Below, piece by piece: positions 9,572 to 18,326 of a DNA stretch of 64,000 nucleotides. Numbering within the stretch: the stretch's first letter is position 1; each line of letters begins with the position of its first letter. Both the position numbers and the translations under genes were made by a program. The stretch is from contig OY970355.1 of assembly GCA_963718525.1 (NCBI GenBank), positions 1,120,001 through 1,184,000 on the forward strand, in the 5' to 3' direction. The DNA comes from Candidatus Dormiibacterota bacterium. GTDB taxonomy: Bacteria; Chloroflexota; Dormibacteria; Aeolococcales; Aeolococcaceae. The notes under the pieces were generated by a model. It was not told where the DNA came from and did not search any database. It saw only the letters and a program-made list of their open reading frames with translations.

Positions 9572-10159
9572 ATGTCTAGTCAACTGCTCTGGTACACCAC
9601 CCGCGGCGCGGGCGCCGTCAGCATCGTGCTGCTGAGCGTGGTCGTCGTCCTCGGCCTGCTCGCACGCGTGCGCTTCGAGACACGTGGCTGGCCGCGGTTT
9701 CTGAGTGCGGCCGTCCACCGTGATCTTGCGCTGATGACGCTCGTGTTCCTGCTCCTGCACATCGTCACCGCAGTGGTCGACCCGTTCACCCATCTTGGCC
9801 TCGTGGCCGCGCTGGTTCCGTTCGGCTCGTACTACCGAACGTTCTGGCTCGGCCTCGGGACGATCGCCTTTGAACTGCTCATCGCGATCGTCGCCACCAG
9901 CCTGCTCCGGAAGCACATCGGTGCGCGTGTGTGGCGGTCGATCCACTGGCTTGCCTATCTGAGCTGGCCTGTCGCGGTGGTGCATGGCATCGGCACCGGC
10001 ACCGATGGGACAGCGCGATGGATGCTGACCATCGATGCGGTATGCGTCGTCGCAGTTGGGGCGGCGCTCATGTGGCGGCTGGTTGCGGCTCCCCCGGATC
10101 CGCTCGCCGACGAGCGCCGCCTGGCCGCGGAGCGCGCGTCGTTCGGCACCGATCGATGA
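9572..10159 (+). CDS. Ferric reductase-like/MsrQ-like heme-binding membrane protein
   Basis: LWYTTRGAG start; multiple TM helices with four His (VHRDL, LHIV, IHWL, VHGI). Confidence 0.85.
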   Translation: MSSQLLWYTTRGAGAVSIVLLSVVVVLGLLARVRFETRGWPRFLSAAVHRDLALMTLVFLLLHIVTAVVDPFTHLGLVAALVPFGSYYRTFWLGLGTIAFELLIAIVATSLLRKHIGARVWRSIHWLAYLSWPVAVVHGIGTGTDGTARWMLTIDAVCVVAVGAALMWRLVAAPPDPLADERRLAAERASFGTDR

Positions 10160-11383
10160 GCATCGCGCTGCTGGCCGGCAAGCCCGCCGTCGAGGGGATG
10201 GAGCATCTCGCCGAGCATCGGCAGCGTCTCGGAGCGCTCCCACCCCCGTCGTCCGCACTCGTCGATGCGATCGAGCGCAGCACCCTGCGTGGTAAGGGCG
10301 GCGCAGGGTTTCCCGTTGCCACCAAATGGCGGTCGGTAGCGGCGCAGCGCTCGGGGACTCCGGTCGTCCTCGCCAACGGCGGCGAGGGCGAGCCGTTGAG
10401 CCAGAAGGATCGCATGCTCATGGAGCAGCGGCCACACCTCGTCATCGACGGCGCCCTGCTTGCTGCGGATGCCGTCGGCGCGGACGAGGTCATCCTGTAC
10501 ATCGGTGCGGACCACGCCGGCGCCGTCCAGGCGATGCACCGGGCTGTCGCGGAGCGTCCGGTTTCCGAGCGTGGCCGGCTTCGCCTTGTGAGCGCCCCGG
10601 TTCGCTACGTCTCCGGAGAGGAGACCGCGGCGGTGCATTTCGTCAATGACGGGATCGCGCTCCCCACGTCGATCCCACCCCGGCCGTTCGAACGCGGAGT
10701 CGACGGTCGCCCCACACTCGTGCAGAACGTCGAGACACTCGCGCACGTCGCGTTGATCGCCCGCTTCGGCGATGAGTGGTTCCGCTCCCTCGGCGATGGC
10801 AAGGCGTCGGGGACCACGCTGGTGACGGTGGGTGGCGCGGTGCCGCAGAGTGTCCTCATCGAGATCCCGCAGGGCATCGCGCTTGCCGATGCCGTCAACG
10901 CGGCCGGTGGCCTCACGTCGGACAGCGACGCGGTGCTCCTCGGCGGTTATTTCGGCGGGTGGGTCGAACTCGGGCACAGCCTGGGGCCTCCCTCTGGACG
11001 CCGATCCGTTGCGGCAGCGCGGTTACTCGCTCGGCTGCGGGGTGATCGCAGTGCTTCCATCGACCCGATGCGGCGTGATCGAGACCGCGAGAATCGTGTC
11101 GTACCTTGCGCACGAGAGCGCGCGACAGTGCGGGCCCTGCACCTTCGGATTGCGTGCCATCTCGGCGGCCACAGGCCGCATCGCCGGGCTCGCGGCGACC
11201 GCCGGTGACCTCGAGCATGTGCAGCGGTGGGCGGGACTGCTTGCCGGGCGCGGCGCGTGCCGGCACCCGGACGGGGCCGCCGGGCTGCTCGCCTCCGCGC
11301 TGCGAGTCTTCGCAGGCGAATTCCAGCTCCACGATGACGAGCGGCGTTGCAGTGTTGCGCGCGTCGCGGCGGCGGTGTCATGA
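10156..11383 (+). pseudogene. NuoF (51 kDa subunit)-like FMN/4Fe-4S oxidoreductase, frameshifted near 10967
   Basis: LRGKGGAGFP, NGGEGEP, YVSGEET in one frame; SLGCG, ESARQCGPC, GACRHPDG in another. Removing one A from GTCGAACTCG fuses them. May be a sequencing error. Confidence 0.8.
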
Positions 11384-11601
11384 GCGATCGCGTCACGCTC
11401 GCCATCGATCGCATCAAGTGCGATGGTCACGGCGTGTGCGCCGACCTGGTCCCCGAGCTCATCGAGCTCGACGACTGGGGATACCCGATCATCCGAGCCG
11501 GTGCGATCCCGCCGTCGGTCGTTCCCCATGCGCGCAGGGCTGTCTCAGGTTGCCCGACGCTTGCCTTGCGCCTCCAGGCACTGGTCAATTCGCGCCGCTG
11601 A
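11380..11601 (+). CDS. Ferredoxin (3Fe-4S type)
   Basis: CDGHGVC...CPTLAL; ATGA overlap. Confidence 0.9.
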   Translation: MSDRVTLAIDRIKCDGHGVCADLVPELIELDDWGYPIIRAGAIPPSVVPHARRAVSGCPTLALRLQALVNSRR

Positions 11602-11612
11602 CGTACGCCGCG

Positions 11613-12356
11613 TCAGCCGTGCTGCAACAAGAGATCGAACTCCATCGTGGCCGTGTTGTCGACGGTGACGAAACCCCCGACGTTTGGCGCCTGCATGTTG
11701 AACTCGCTCCACGGGAACGAGATCGACCCGACCACCTCGATCTGCGAGCCTGAGAGCCGCGCTTTCACGGGAATGGTGACGGTCCTGGCCGTCCCATGGA
11801 TCGTCAGCTTGCCCGTCAACGACACCTGTATCTGCGCCCCCGACGTCGCATTCGCGGGCAGGGTCACCGGCGATGACAGCACGAACGTCGCCTTGGGAAA
11901 CTGGGCGCTCTCGATGCCGAGGGTCTCGAGATGGCTGTCGCGCATCGACTGATCACTGGTCAGCGATTGCACGTTGACGGTGAACGATCCGGCGCTGACC
12001 GTCAATGCTGACGCCGACCCCGCGATGGTCACGCTTCCGGTGATCTGCGAAGTTCGCCCAACGGCATCGCTTGGTGCCGAAAGAAACGCGAGCTTCTCGC
12101 GAACGCGGTATCCGGCGACGGACTTCGAGGCAACGCTCCAGATTCCGGGAATCGCAGTCGAGGTGAGCGCCGGCGATTGCGCGGTTGCCGCCGGCGACGT
12201 CAGGGCCAGCGGCGCCGGTGCCGAGTGGCTGAACAGCACGAAGTAGACGAACAGCACGCCCGTGGCCCCAAGGGCGACGACAGCTCCGAGTCCGGTGAGG
12301 AGCCAGGCGCGCATGCTTCGTGGGCGAGGGAATGAGCCGGATTTGGTCTGGGGCAT
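11613..12356 (-). CDS. YceI-family lipid/polyisoprenoid-binding protein, membrane anchored
   Basis: N-terminal TM; SVAGYRVRE, RDSHL, GKLTIHG; SD AAGGAGG. Confidence 0.9.
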   Translation of the reverse strand: MPQTKSGSFPRPRSMRAWLLTGLGAVVALGATGVLFVYFVLFSHSAPAPLALTSPAATAQSPALTSTAIPGIWSVASKSVAGYRVREKLAFLSAPSDAVGRTSQITGSVTIAGSASALTVSAGSFTVNVQSLTSDQSMRDSHLETLGIESAQFPKATFVLSSPVTLPANATSGAQIQVSLTGKLTIHGTARTVTIPVKARLSGSQIEVVGSISFPWSEFNMQAPNVGGFVTVDNTATMEFDLLLQHG

Positions 12357-12390
12357 CGGGCCTCCTTGCCTGGGAACGGTAGAGGCGCCG

Positions 12391-12430
12391 GCTCAGAGGC
12401 CGGCCTGAAATCGCTATGAGTCCGCTCAGA
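12391..12430 (-). promoter_or_regulatory. Four tandem PhoP-like heptamer repeats upstream of the YceI gene
   Basis: Minus strand TCTGAGC-ggac-TCATAGC-gatt-TCAGGCC-ggcc-TCTGAGC with exact 11-bp period, followed by -10-like TACCGT. Confidence 0.7.
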
Positions 12431-12443
12431 GATCGCCCCGACT

Positions 12444-12472
12444 TCACAGCGGCCTCCCAGCTTCCTCGGGGC
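12444..12472 (+). promoter_or_regulatory. PhoP-like box upstream of the GT2-apbE operon
   Basis: TCACAGC-ggcc-TCCCAGC-ttcc-TCGGGGC. Confidence 0.65.
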
Positions 12473-12505
12473 TGGTGTCAAGGAGCGGGCGCCAGCCTTG
12501 ATCTC

Positions 12506-13288
12506 ATGAACGATCTTCGCGGAACAGCGACCGCACCGGTCCTGGATATCGCCATTCCCGTCTACAACGAGGAGCGAGTCCTGGAACGGAGCGTGCTCCA
12601 GCTCCACAATCACCTTCGCGCCGAGATCCCGTTCGCAACGAGGATCACCATCATCGACAACGCGAGCGAGGACGGCACGCGCTTGATCGGCATGCGGCTC
12701 GCGAACGCGCTCGACGGGGTGCGTTTCCTCCACCTGCCTCAGAAGGGGCGCGGTCGGGCTCTGCGCAGCGCGTGGACGGCGAGCGACGCGCGCGTCGTCG
12801 CGTACATGGACGTCGACCTCTCGACGCAACTCGATGCGCTGACAGCGCTGATCGCCCCGATTCTCTCGGGCAGCTGTGACATCGCCATCGGCAGCCGGCT
12901 CGCCGCGGGCGCGCGCGTGGTTCGGAGCCCGTGGCGTGAATTCATCTCGCGCGGGTACAACCTTCTCCTCCGCGCGCTGCTGCACACCTGCTTTCGCGAC
13001 GCCCAGTGCGGGTTTAAGGCGATGCGCGCACAGGTCGCCCACGAACTCGTGCCGATCGTCCGGGATCAGGGGTGGTTCTTCGACACCGAACTGCTCGTCG
13101 CGGCGCAGCGTGCCGGCATGCGCATCCAGGAGGTTCCCGTGGAGTGGGTCGAGGATCCGGACTCGCGCGTCGACATACCGGCAACGGTGCTCACCGATCT
13201 TCGCGGCGTGCTGCGGCTGCTCCGCGAGACACCGCATGCACGTCATGCCGTGCTTCCGCAACCGGCACCTTCCCAGGAGCACGCGTGA
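12506..13288 (+). CDS. GT2 polyprenol-phosphate glycosyltransferase
   Basis: IPVYNEE, IDNASED, KGRGRA, YMDVDLS, DAQCGFK, WFFDTELL. Confidence 0.9.
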   Translation: MNDLRGTATAPVLDIAIPVYNEERVLERSVLQLHNHLRAEIPFATRITIIDNASEDGTRLIGMRLANALDGVRFLHLPQKGRGRALRSAWTASDARVVAYMDVDLSTQLDALTALIAPILSGSCDIAIGSRLAAGARVVRSPWREFISRGYNLLLRALLHTCFRDAQCGFKAMRAQVAHELVPIVRDQGWFFDTELLVAAQRAGMRIQEVPVEWVEDPDSRVDIPATVLTDLRGVLRLLRETPHARHAVLPQPAPSQEHA

Positions 13289-13599
13289 TGCAGTCCCCCA
13301 AGCGGCGAATCACCGTCGAGCAGCGCGACCGTGCTCTCCGCCTGCGCGGCAGGCTCACCGCGTCATTCGGTGTCATCGGGACAGCCGCCGTCGCAGTGCT
13401 GGCGGTCACAGCGGCGCACACCCACGCCGGAACATCCACAAGCGCTGCATCGTCTTCGGCTATCAAGTCGTCCACCTCGACCACGACGACGCCGGCGTCG
13501 TCGTCCGCGTCGAGCAGCACCGGCTCGTCGTCGCTGTCCACCGGATCGGCGAGCACCGGAAGCTCGTCCTCTGCGAGTACCGTCAGCGGCGGCTCATGA
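13288..13599 (+). CDS. Small exported Ser/Thr-rich protein, candidate ApbE flavinylation substrate
   Basis: Basic N-terminus, hydrophobic helix, poly-Ser/Thr linker, ends TVSGGS; coupled to both neighbours by overlapping stop/start. Confidence 0.65.
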   Translation: MQSPKRRITVEQRDRALRLRGRLTASFGVIGTAAVAVLAVTAAHTHAGTSTSAASSSAIKSSTSTTTTPASSSASSSTGSSSLSTGSASTGSSSSASTVSGGS

Positions 13600-14531
13600 C
13601 TCTTGCCACCTATCGTGGAACCGCGCTCGGGACATCGATGCACGTGGTGGTGACAGACCCGGGCAGCCTCGACGCGGCGACGGCGCGTGTCCAGGGAGTG
13701 GTCGATGCCATCGACCTGGCGTGCAGCCGGTTCCGGGACGACAGCGAGTTGAGCCGCCTGCAGGCAGGTACCGGACCGCGGGAGGGCGCCGTCTCGCCGC
13801 TTCTGGCCCAGGCGCTGGCCACGGCGCTTCGAGCGGCGGAGCTGACCGACGGGGCAGTCGATCCGACAGTCGGTGAGGCGATCCGCTCAGCCGGGTACGA
13901 CGTGGACTTCAACTCGCTACCCGCCGAAGGTGAGGCGCTGATCCTTGCGGTCACGCCGGTGCCGGGGTGGCGGCGGATCCGGCTCTTTCCAGCTACCCGG
14001 CGCGTGGAGATCGATGCCGGCGTCGAGGTCGACCTCGGGGCAACCGCGAAAGCGCTCGCCGCCGATCTCGCCGCCACAGCCGCACTCGAGGCGATGTCTG
14101 CCGGCGGCGTCCTCGTGAGCCTGGGTGGCGACGTTTCCGTGGCCGGCGTTCCTCCGGAGGAGGGATGGCACATCCAGATCGCCGAGAACAGCCGGGCCGC
14201 CATCACCACGGACGGGGAGACGATCGCCATACGTGCCGGCGGCGTCGCCACCTCGAGCACGACCGTGCGCCGCTGGCGGCGTGGCGGAGTCGAGTTGCAT
14301 CACATCATCGATCCGGCCACCGGACTTCCGGCTGCCGGCCCCTGGCGGACGGTCAGCGTCGTTGCCGGAAATTGCGTCGACGCCAATATCGCTGCCACCG
14401 CTGCAATCGTTCGGGGTTTGACGGCGGCGGCGTGGCTCCACGAGGCCGGCCTGCCGGCGCGGCTGGTCGATGCGAGCGGCGCCCTGACCCGAGTCGGCGG
14501 CTGGCCTGAGCCGGGCGCTCAGCCGTCCTGA
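13596..14531 (+). CDS. apbE: FAD:protein FMN transferase
   Basis: ALGT, CSRFRDDSEL, TDGAVDPTVG, DLGATAK, SLGGD, ATSS, HHIIDP. Confidence 0.93.
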   Translation: MTLATYRGTALGTSMHVVVTDPGSLDAATARVQGVVDAIDLACSRFRDDSELSRLQAGTGPREGAVSPLLAQALATALRAAELTDGAVDPTVGEAIRSAGYDVDFNSLPAEGEALILAVTPVPGWRRIRLFPATRRVEIDAGVEVDLGATAKALAADLAATAALEAMSAGGVLVSLGGDVSVAGVPPEEGWHIQIAENSRAAITTDGETIAIRAGGVATSSTTVRRWRRGGVELHHIIDPATGLPAAGPWRTVSVVAGNCVDANIAATAAIVRGLTAAAWLHEAGLPARLVDASGALTRVGGWPEPGAQPS

Positions 14532-15319
14532 GCGATGAGCTCCTGGACCTGGCGCTGATAGCGTCGCGTGTCGTCATACACGCCATGGCTGGCGACGCTC
14601 GCATCTCCCTGGTAGTAGCCGGCGAGCGTGGCGGGGATATCGGCCTCGTGCTTGGTCATCAGATGGCGCAGCAGCATCGCGCCGGCGACGACGTTGTCCT
14701 GCGCGCGCCAGATGTCAAGGTGCGTCCCTGCCAGGTGACGCGACACCCACTCACCGGTGAAGGGCTCGAGCTGCATGATCCCCACGGCCCCGGTTGGTGA
14801 GACGCGCTCCTGACGCCACCCCGACTCCGCCCATGCGACACCCCGCAACAGTCGACCATCGACGCCGACGTCCGCCGCAACGAAGCTCACCAGCGCGTTC
14901 ATGCGTATCAGTCGTCCCGGCACCACCAACTCGTCGCCCTCGGCGATCGGGGCGTTGACGCCGATCCCGTTGGTACGAGCGAGCGCGGTCGGATCGACGC
15001 CGAATCGGCGAGCCGTCTCAAAGACGCCCTCACCGCGCCCGACGCGATAGGTCTCGGTGTCGTCTCCACCTCGCGCATAACCGGGGAGCGCCAGGGAGGC
15101 GTCGGGGATCCGAAGCATCTGGCCGACCCGGATCAGCTCCGGAGCCGCCATGCGATTTGCGTCGAGCAGTGCTGCCACGGTGGTCCCATGGCGGACCGCG
15201 ATATCGGACGCCGTGTCGCCTGGGCGCACCACGTACGAGGTCGCGAAAACGGCGGAGGGGATCGTGGCCACCGCGGTGGCGCCGAGCGCAGCAGCGGCAA
15301 GACGAGACCTTGTCGGCAT
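14519..15319 (-). CDS. Secreted LysM-repeat lytic transglycosylase (SLT)
   Basis: Signal peptide, two LysM domains (YVVRPGDT; YRVGRGE), AWAESGW, GAVGIMQL, AGYYQG. Confidence 0.88.
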   Translation of the reverse strand: MPTRSRLAAAALGATAVATIPSAVFATSYVVRPGDTASDIAVRHGTTVAALLDANRMAAPELIRVGQMLRIPDASLALPGYARGGDDTETYRVGRGEGVFETARRFGVDPTALARTNGIGVNAPIAEGDELVVPGRLIRMNALVSFVAADVGVDGRLLRGVAWAESGWRQERVSPTGAVGIMQLEPFTGEWVSRHLAGTHLDIWRAQDNVVAGAMLLRHLMTKHEADIPATLAGYYQGDASVASHGVYDDTRRYQRQVQELIAQDG

Positions 15320-15509
15320 TGGGTTCCTCGTGTGGTGGGACGTGGGGGGATGTGGGAACCGGCCGCGCGATCGCGGCACCAGGCAGCGTAGGCACAGTAG
15401 ATCGCGCGCGTCAAGCGTTGCAAGCCGCCGTAACGGTTTCGTCACAACCAGGTCGCCTCTGTGTGAAGCGTCGTCCTGTCGGCGTGAGTGCTACGCTGCG
15501 ACCAAAGCC

Positions 15510-15863
15510 ATGCGACTCCCGAGCCTGCCGCGGACCTCGCTGCCGACCACGTTTCTGGCCGCTTCATGCGGCGCGGGCCTGGGCATCGTCACGTTCATCC
15601 TGAGCGCATGGCTGCACGCCGTCGGCGCCACCGGCGCCGCAGCTCTCCTCGCAGAGTCGGCGCTCCTCATCGCGCTGGCATGCGTGGCTGCGTTCGCGCT
15701 CTTTGACGGCAACACGCGGCTGCGCGGAGCCCGGGTGCCGATCAACCGGGCACTGCCCCCCGCGTGGTGGCCTCGTGACCCGGATTCCGTCTCGCTGCTT
15801 GCAGCATGCGTTGGCGGTCCGCTCGTGATCGGCGCCGGGGCGGCGGTCCTCCTCTTCCGCTGA
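15510..15863 (+). CDS. Small membrane protein, hypothetical
   Basis: Three hydrophobic segments; fills the gap between neighbours; TACGCT upstream. Confidence 0.55.
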   Translation: MRLPSLPRTSLPTTFLAASCGAGLGIVTFILSAWLHAVGATGAAALLAESALLIALACVAAFALFDGNTRLRGARVPINRALPPAWWPRDPDSVSLLAACVGGPLVIGAGAAVLLFR

Positions 15864-15878
15864 AGGCACCGGCCGCGT

Positions 15879-16970
15879 TCAGCCGGTCAGCCGGTTGATC
15901 GCCCACCCAGCGGCCTCGCGAACGACCTCGTCCGGGTCGAGCTGCGCGCTTCGCCGGAGCGATGGCAGCGCGGCATCATCCCCGGCGTTGCCGAGCGCGA
16001 TCGCACAGTTGCGGGCCAGACCGGCACGTCCGGTCCGCGACACCGCTGTCCCGTTGAATCGTGCCGCGAACTCTGCGTCGGTGAGATCGAGACATTCGAT
16101 GAGGTCCGGGTGCGGCACGGGGCCGCCCGCGGTGGTCGCCATCCCAACGTCGAGATGCTGGGGCGCGAGGCGGTGGTTGATCGGGCATGCCTCCTGGCAG
16201 AGGTCGCAGCCGAACGCCCAGGTTCCCATCAGCGGTCGCAGGTCGTTCGGAATCGGGCCCCGATGCTCGATGGTGAGGTACGAGATGCAGCGCCGGGCGT
16301 CGATCACACCGGGTGCCACGATCGCACCGGTCGGACACGCCGGAAGGCACGCCATGCAGCGGCCGCACCCGCGCCTCGAGGCACCGTCGACCGGCAGCGG
16401 CACCGACACGGCGATCGCTGCGAGAAGCACGTAGGATCCGGCGCCGGTGGTGATCACCGACGCGTGCTTCCCCGCAAATCCAATCCCGGCTCGCTCGGCG
16501 ATGGCGCGGTCGAGTGCCCAACCGTGATCGACGAAACGCTTTGCCCTGACAGGGTGAACCCGTTCCTGCAGCCACGCGACGAGGGCGTCGCAGCGCTCGG
16601 CGAGCAGGTCGTGGTAATCGATGGGGCGTCCGCCATCCTCGGTGCAGGCGTACGCAGAGAACCGTCCCCGGACGGTGCCGTCGGCAGCTGGGATCGGGCC
16701 TCGAACGGGGGCGGGTCGATACGGCCACGCCAGCGCGATGATCGATCGCGCCCACGGGTAGCGGCCGCCGATATCGGCAGACGCCGCAACGCGGTTCCGC
16801 GTGTACCAGGACATCCCATCCATCCGCCCGGCGTCGATCGCCTCGAGCGCTCGTGTGCGCGCCTCGGCGAACGGACGCACCGAGGTCACGCCACATGCCG
16901 CGAATCCGAGGCCGCGCGCCTCGACGCTCAACGCATCCTTGAGCGCAGCCATATCGGTGGATTGGGCCAT
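15879..16970 (-). CDS. queG: Epoxyqueuosine reductase
   Basis: DYH, AERAGIGFAGK, CGRCMACLPACP, DARRCISYLTIE, FGCDLCQEACP, RNCAIALGN HEAT tail. Confidence 0.93.
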   Translation of the reverse strand: MAQSTDMAALKDALSVEARGLGFAACGVTSVRPFAEARTRALEAIDAGRMDGMSWYTRNRVAASADIGGRYPWARSIIALAWPYRPAPVRGPIPAADGTVRGRFSAYACTEDGGRPIDYHDLLAERCDALVAWLQERVHPVRAKRFVDHGWALDRAIAERAGIGFAGKHASVITTGAGSYVLLAAIAVSVPLPVDGASRRGCGRCMACLPACPTGAIVAPGVIDARRCISYLTIEHRGPIPNDLRPLMGTWAFGCDLCQEACPINHRLAPQHLDVGMATTAGGPVPHPDLIECLDLTDAEFAARFNGTAVSRTGRAGLARNCAIALGNAGDDAALPSLRRSAQLDPDEVVREAAGWAINRLTG

Positions 16971-17016
16971 TTCCTTCGATGATGGTTGCACGGCCCGCAC
17001 ACCGTAGGATCGAGCA

Positions 17017-18315
17017 ATGAATGCCGCCGAAGACGCAGCCCGGTTGCCGCGCCTGCTCTGCATCATGGGGTCCGGCGAGACCACGCCGACGATGGTGTCC
17101 GTCCACCAGGATCTGCTCTCGAGGCTCGGGCCGCGGCCGGTGCCCGCGGTGCTCCTCGACACGCCATTCGGCTTTCAGGAGAATGCCGCGGACATCAGCG
17201 AGCGCACCGTGGCGTACTTCCGCGATCGCGTCGGATTTCCGATCAGCGTGGCGTCCTTTCGGAGTCGCGAGCGGGCTACCCCCCTCGAGTACGAGACCAT
17301 GCTCGCTCGCGTTGCTGAAGCGCGCTACGTCTTCGCCGGCCCAGGGAGCCCGAGCTACGCGCTCCGCCAGTGGGTCGGCACCGCCGTCGCTGACCTGCTC
17401 GGGGGGAAGCTGCGAGATGGCGGCTGCGTGACTTTCGCCAGCGCAGCGGCCGTCGGCCTCGGCGTGTGCTCGCTTCCGGTGTACGAGGTCTACAAGGTCG
17501 GCGAGGAGCCGCGATGGCTTGAGGGCCTCGACCTGCTGAGCGCCACGGGGATTCGCGCGGCGGTGGTGCCGCATTACAACAACGCAGAGGGCGGAACCCA
17601 CGACACCCGCTACTGCTACATGGGCGAGCGCCGCCTGCGCATGCTCGAAGAACTCCTTCCGGACGGTGTCGACATCCTCGGGGTCGACGAGCACACGGCG
17701 GCGATCTTCGATATCGATGCGGGGTCCGTCTCGATACGCGGGCGCGGCGGGGTGACGTGGCGCCACAGGGGGGAATCGCAGCGATTCGAGAACGGCTTGA
17801 CGATGCCGATCCGCGCCCTTGCATCCGGCATGTCGTCGCCAGGCGATGCCGTCCCTGTCGAGCGTGGCGGTGCATCCGGCGATCTCGAGGACGCGCTACC
17901 GGCCGGGGCGGCATCGCCATTCCTCGAGGAGGTGACCCGGCAGTCGGACGCGGCCGACGTCGCGCTCGCGACCCGAGACGTCGACGGCGCAGTCGGTGCG
18001 GTGCTGGCGATCGACACGCAGATCCACGATTGGGCTGCCGACACCCTCGACTCGGATGAGCAGGACCGGGCACGCGAAGCGTTCCGCCGCTACGTCGTGC
18101 GCCTCGGCGACCTCGCGCGCAACGGAGCCACCGACCCACGCGATCTGGTGGGTCCGGTCGTCGACAGGATTCTCGACCTCCGCGTGCAGATGCGCGGCGC
18201 CGGACAATACACGCTCGCCGACAAGCTGCGCGATGCGCTCGTGGAAGCCGGGGTCGAGGTGCATGACACGCCGGCAGGATCCACCTGGGAGTTCGCGCCG
18301 GTGGCCGCCGGCTGA
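17017..18315 (+). CDS. Peptidase S51 (PepE/cyanophycinase-like) with C-terminal CysRS anticodon-binding-like tail
   Basis: MGSGE, FAGPGSP, FASAAA, VVPHYN, LGVDE; C-terminus ADKLRDALVEAGVEVHDTPAGSTW. Confidence 0.75.
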   Translation: MNAAEDAARLPRLLCIMGSGETTPTMVSVHQDLLSRLGPRPVPAVLLDTPFGFQENAADISERTVAYFRDRVGFPISVASFRSRERATPLEYETMLARVAEARYVFAGPGSPSYALRQWVGTAVADLLGGKLRDGGCVTFASAAAVGLGVCSLPVYEVYKVGEEPRWLEGLDLLSATGIRAAVVPHYNNAEGGTHDTRYCYMGERRLRMLEELLPDGVDILGVDEHTAAIFDIDAGSVSIRGRGGVTWRHRGESQRFENGLTMPIRALASGMSSPGDAVPVERGGASGDLEDALPAGAASPFLEEVTRQSDAADVALATRDVDGAVGAVLAIDTQIHDWAADTLDSDEQDRAREAFRRYVVRLGDLARNGATDPRDLVGPVVDRILDLRVQMRGAGQYTLADKLRDALVEAGVEVHDTPAGSTWEFAPVAAG

Positions 18316-18326
18316 TCGAGCGAGGG

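Noticed and set aside
13420-13599. Tandem-repeat or CRISPR-like low-complexity DNA
   Set aside because: Explained by the poly-Ser/Thr coding sequence; no repeat-spacer structure was seen anywhere in the window.
15320-15510. Possible c-di-AMP riboswitch upstream of the LysM transglycosylase, and short CCCAC repeats
   Set aside because: No ydaO consensus elements are visible. A TTGACG-N18-TACGCT promoter would leave a leader too short for one, and the repeats are short and irregular.
17017-18315. Cysteinyl-tRNA synthetase call
   Set aside because: No HIGH/KMSKS catalytic domain; only the C-terminal tail is similar.
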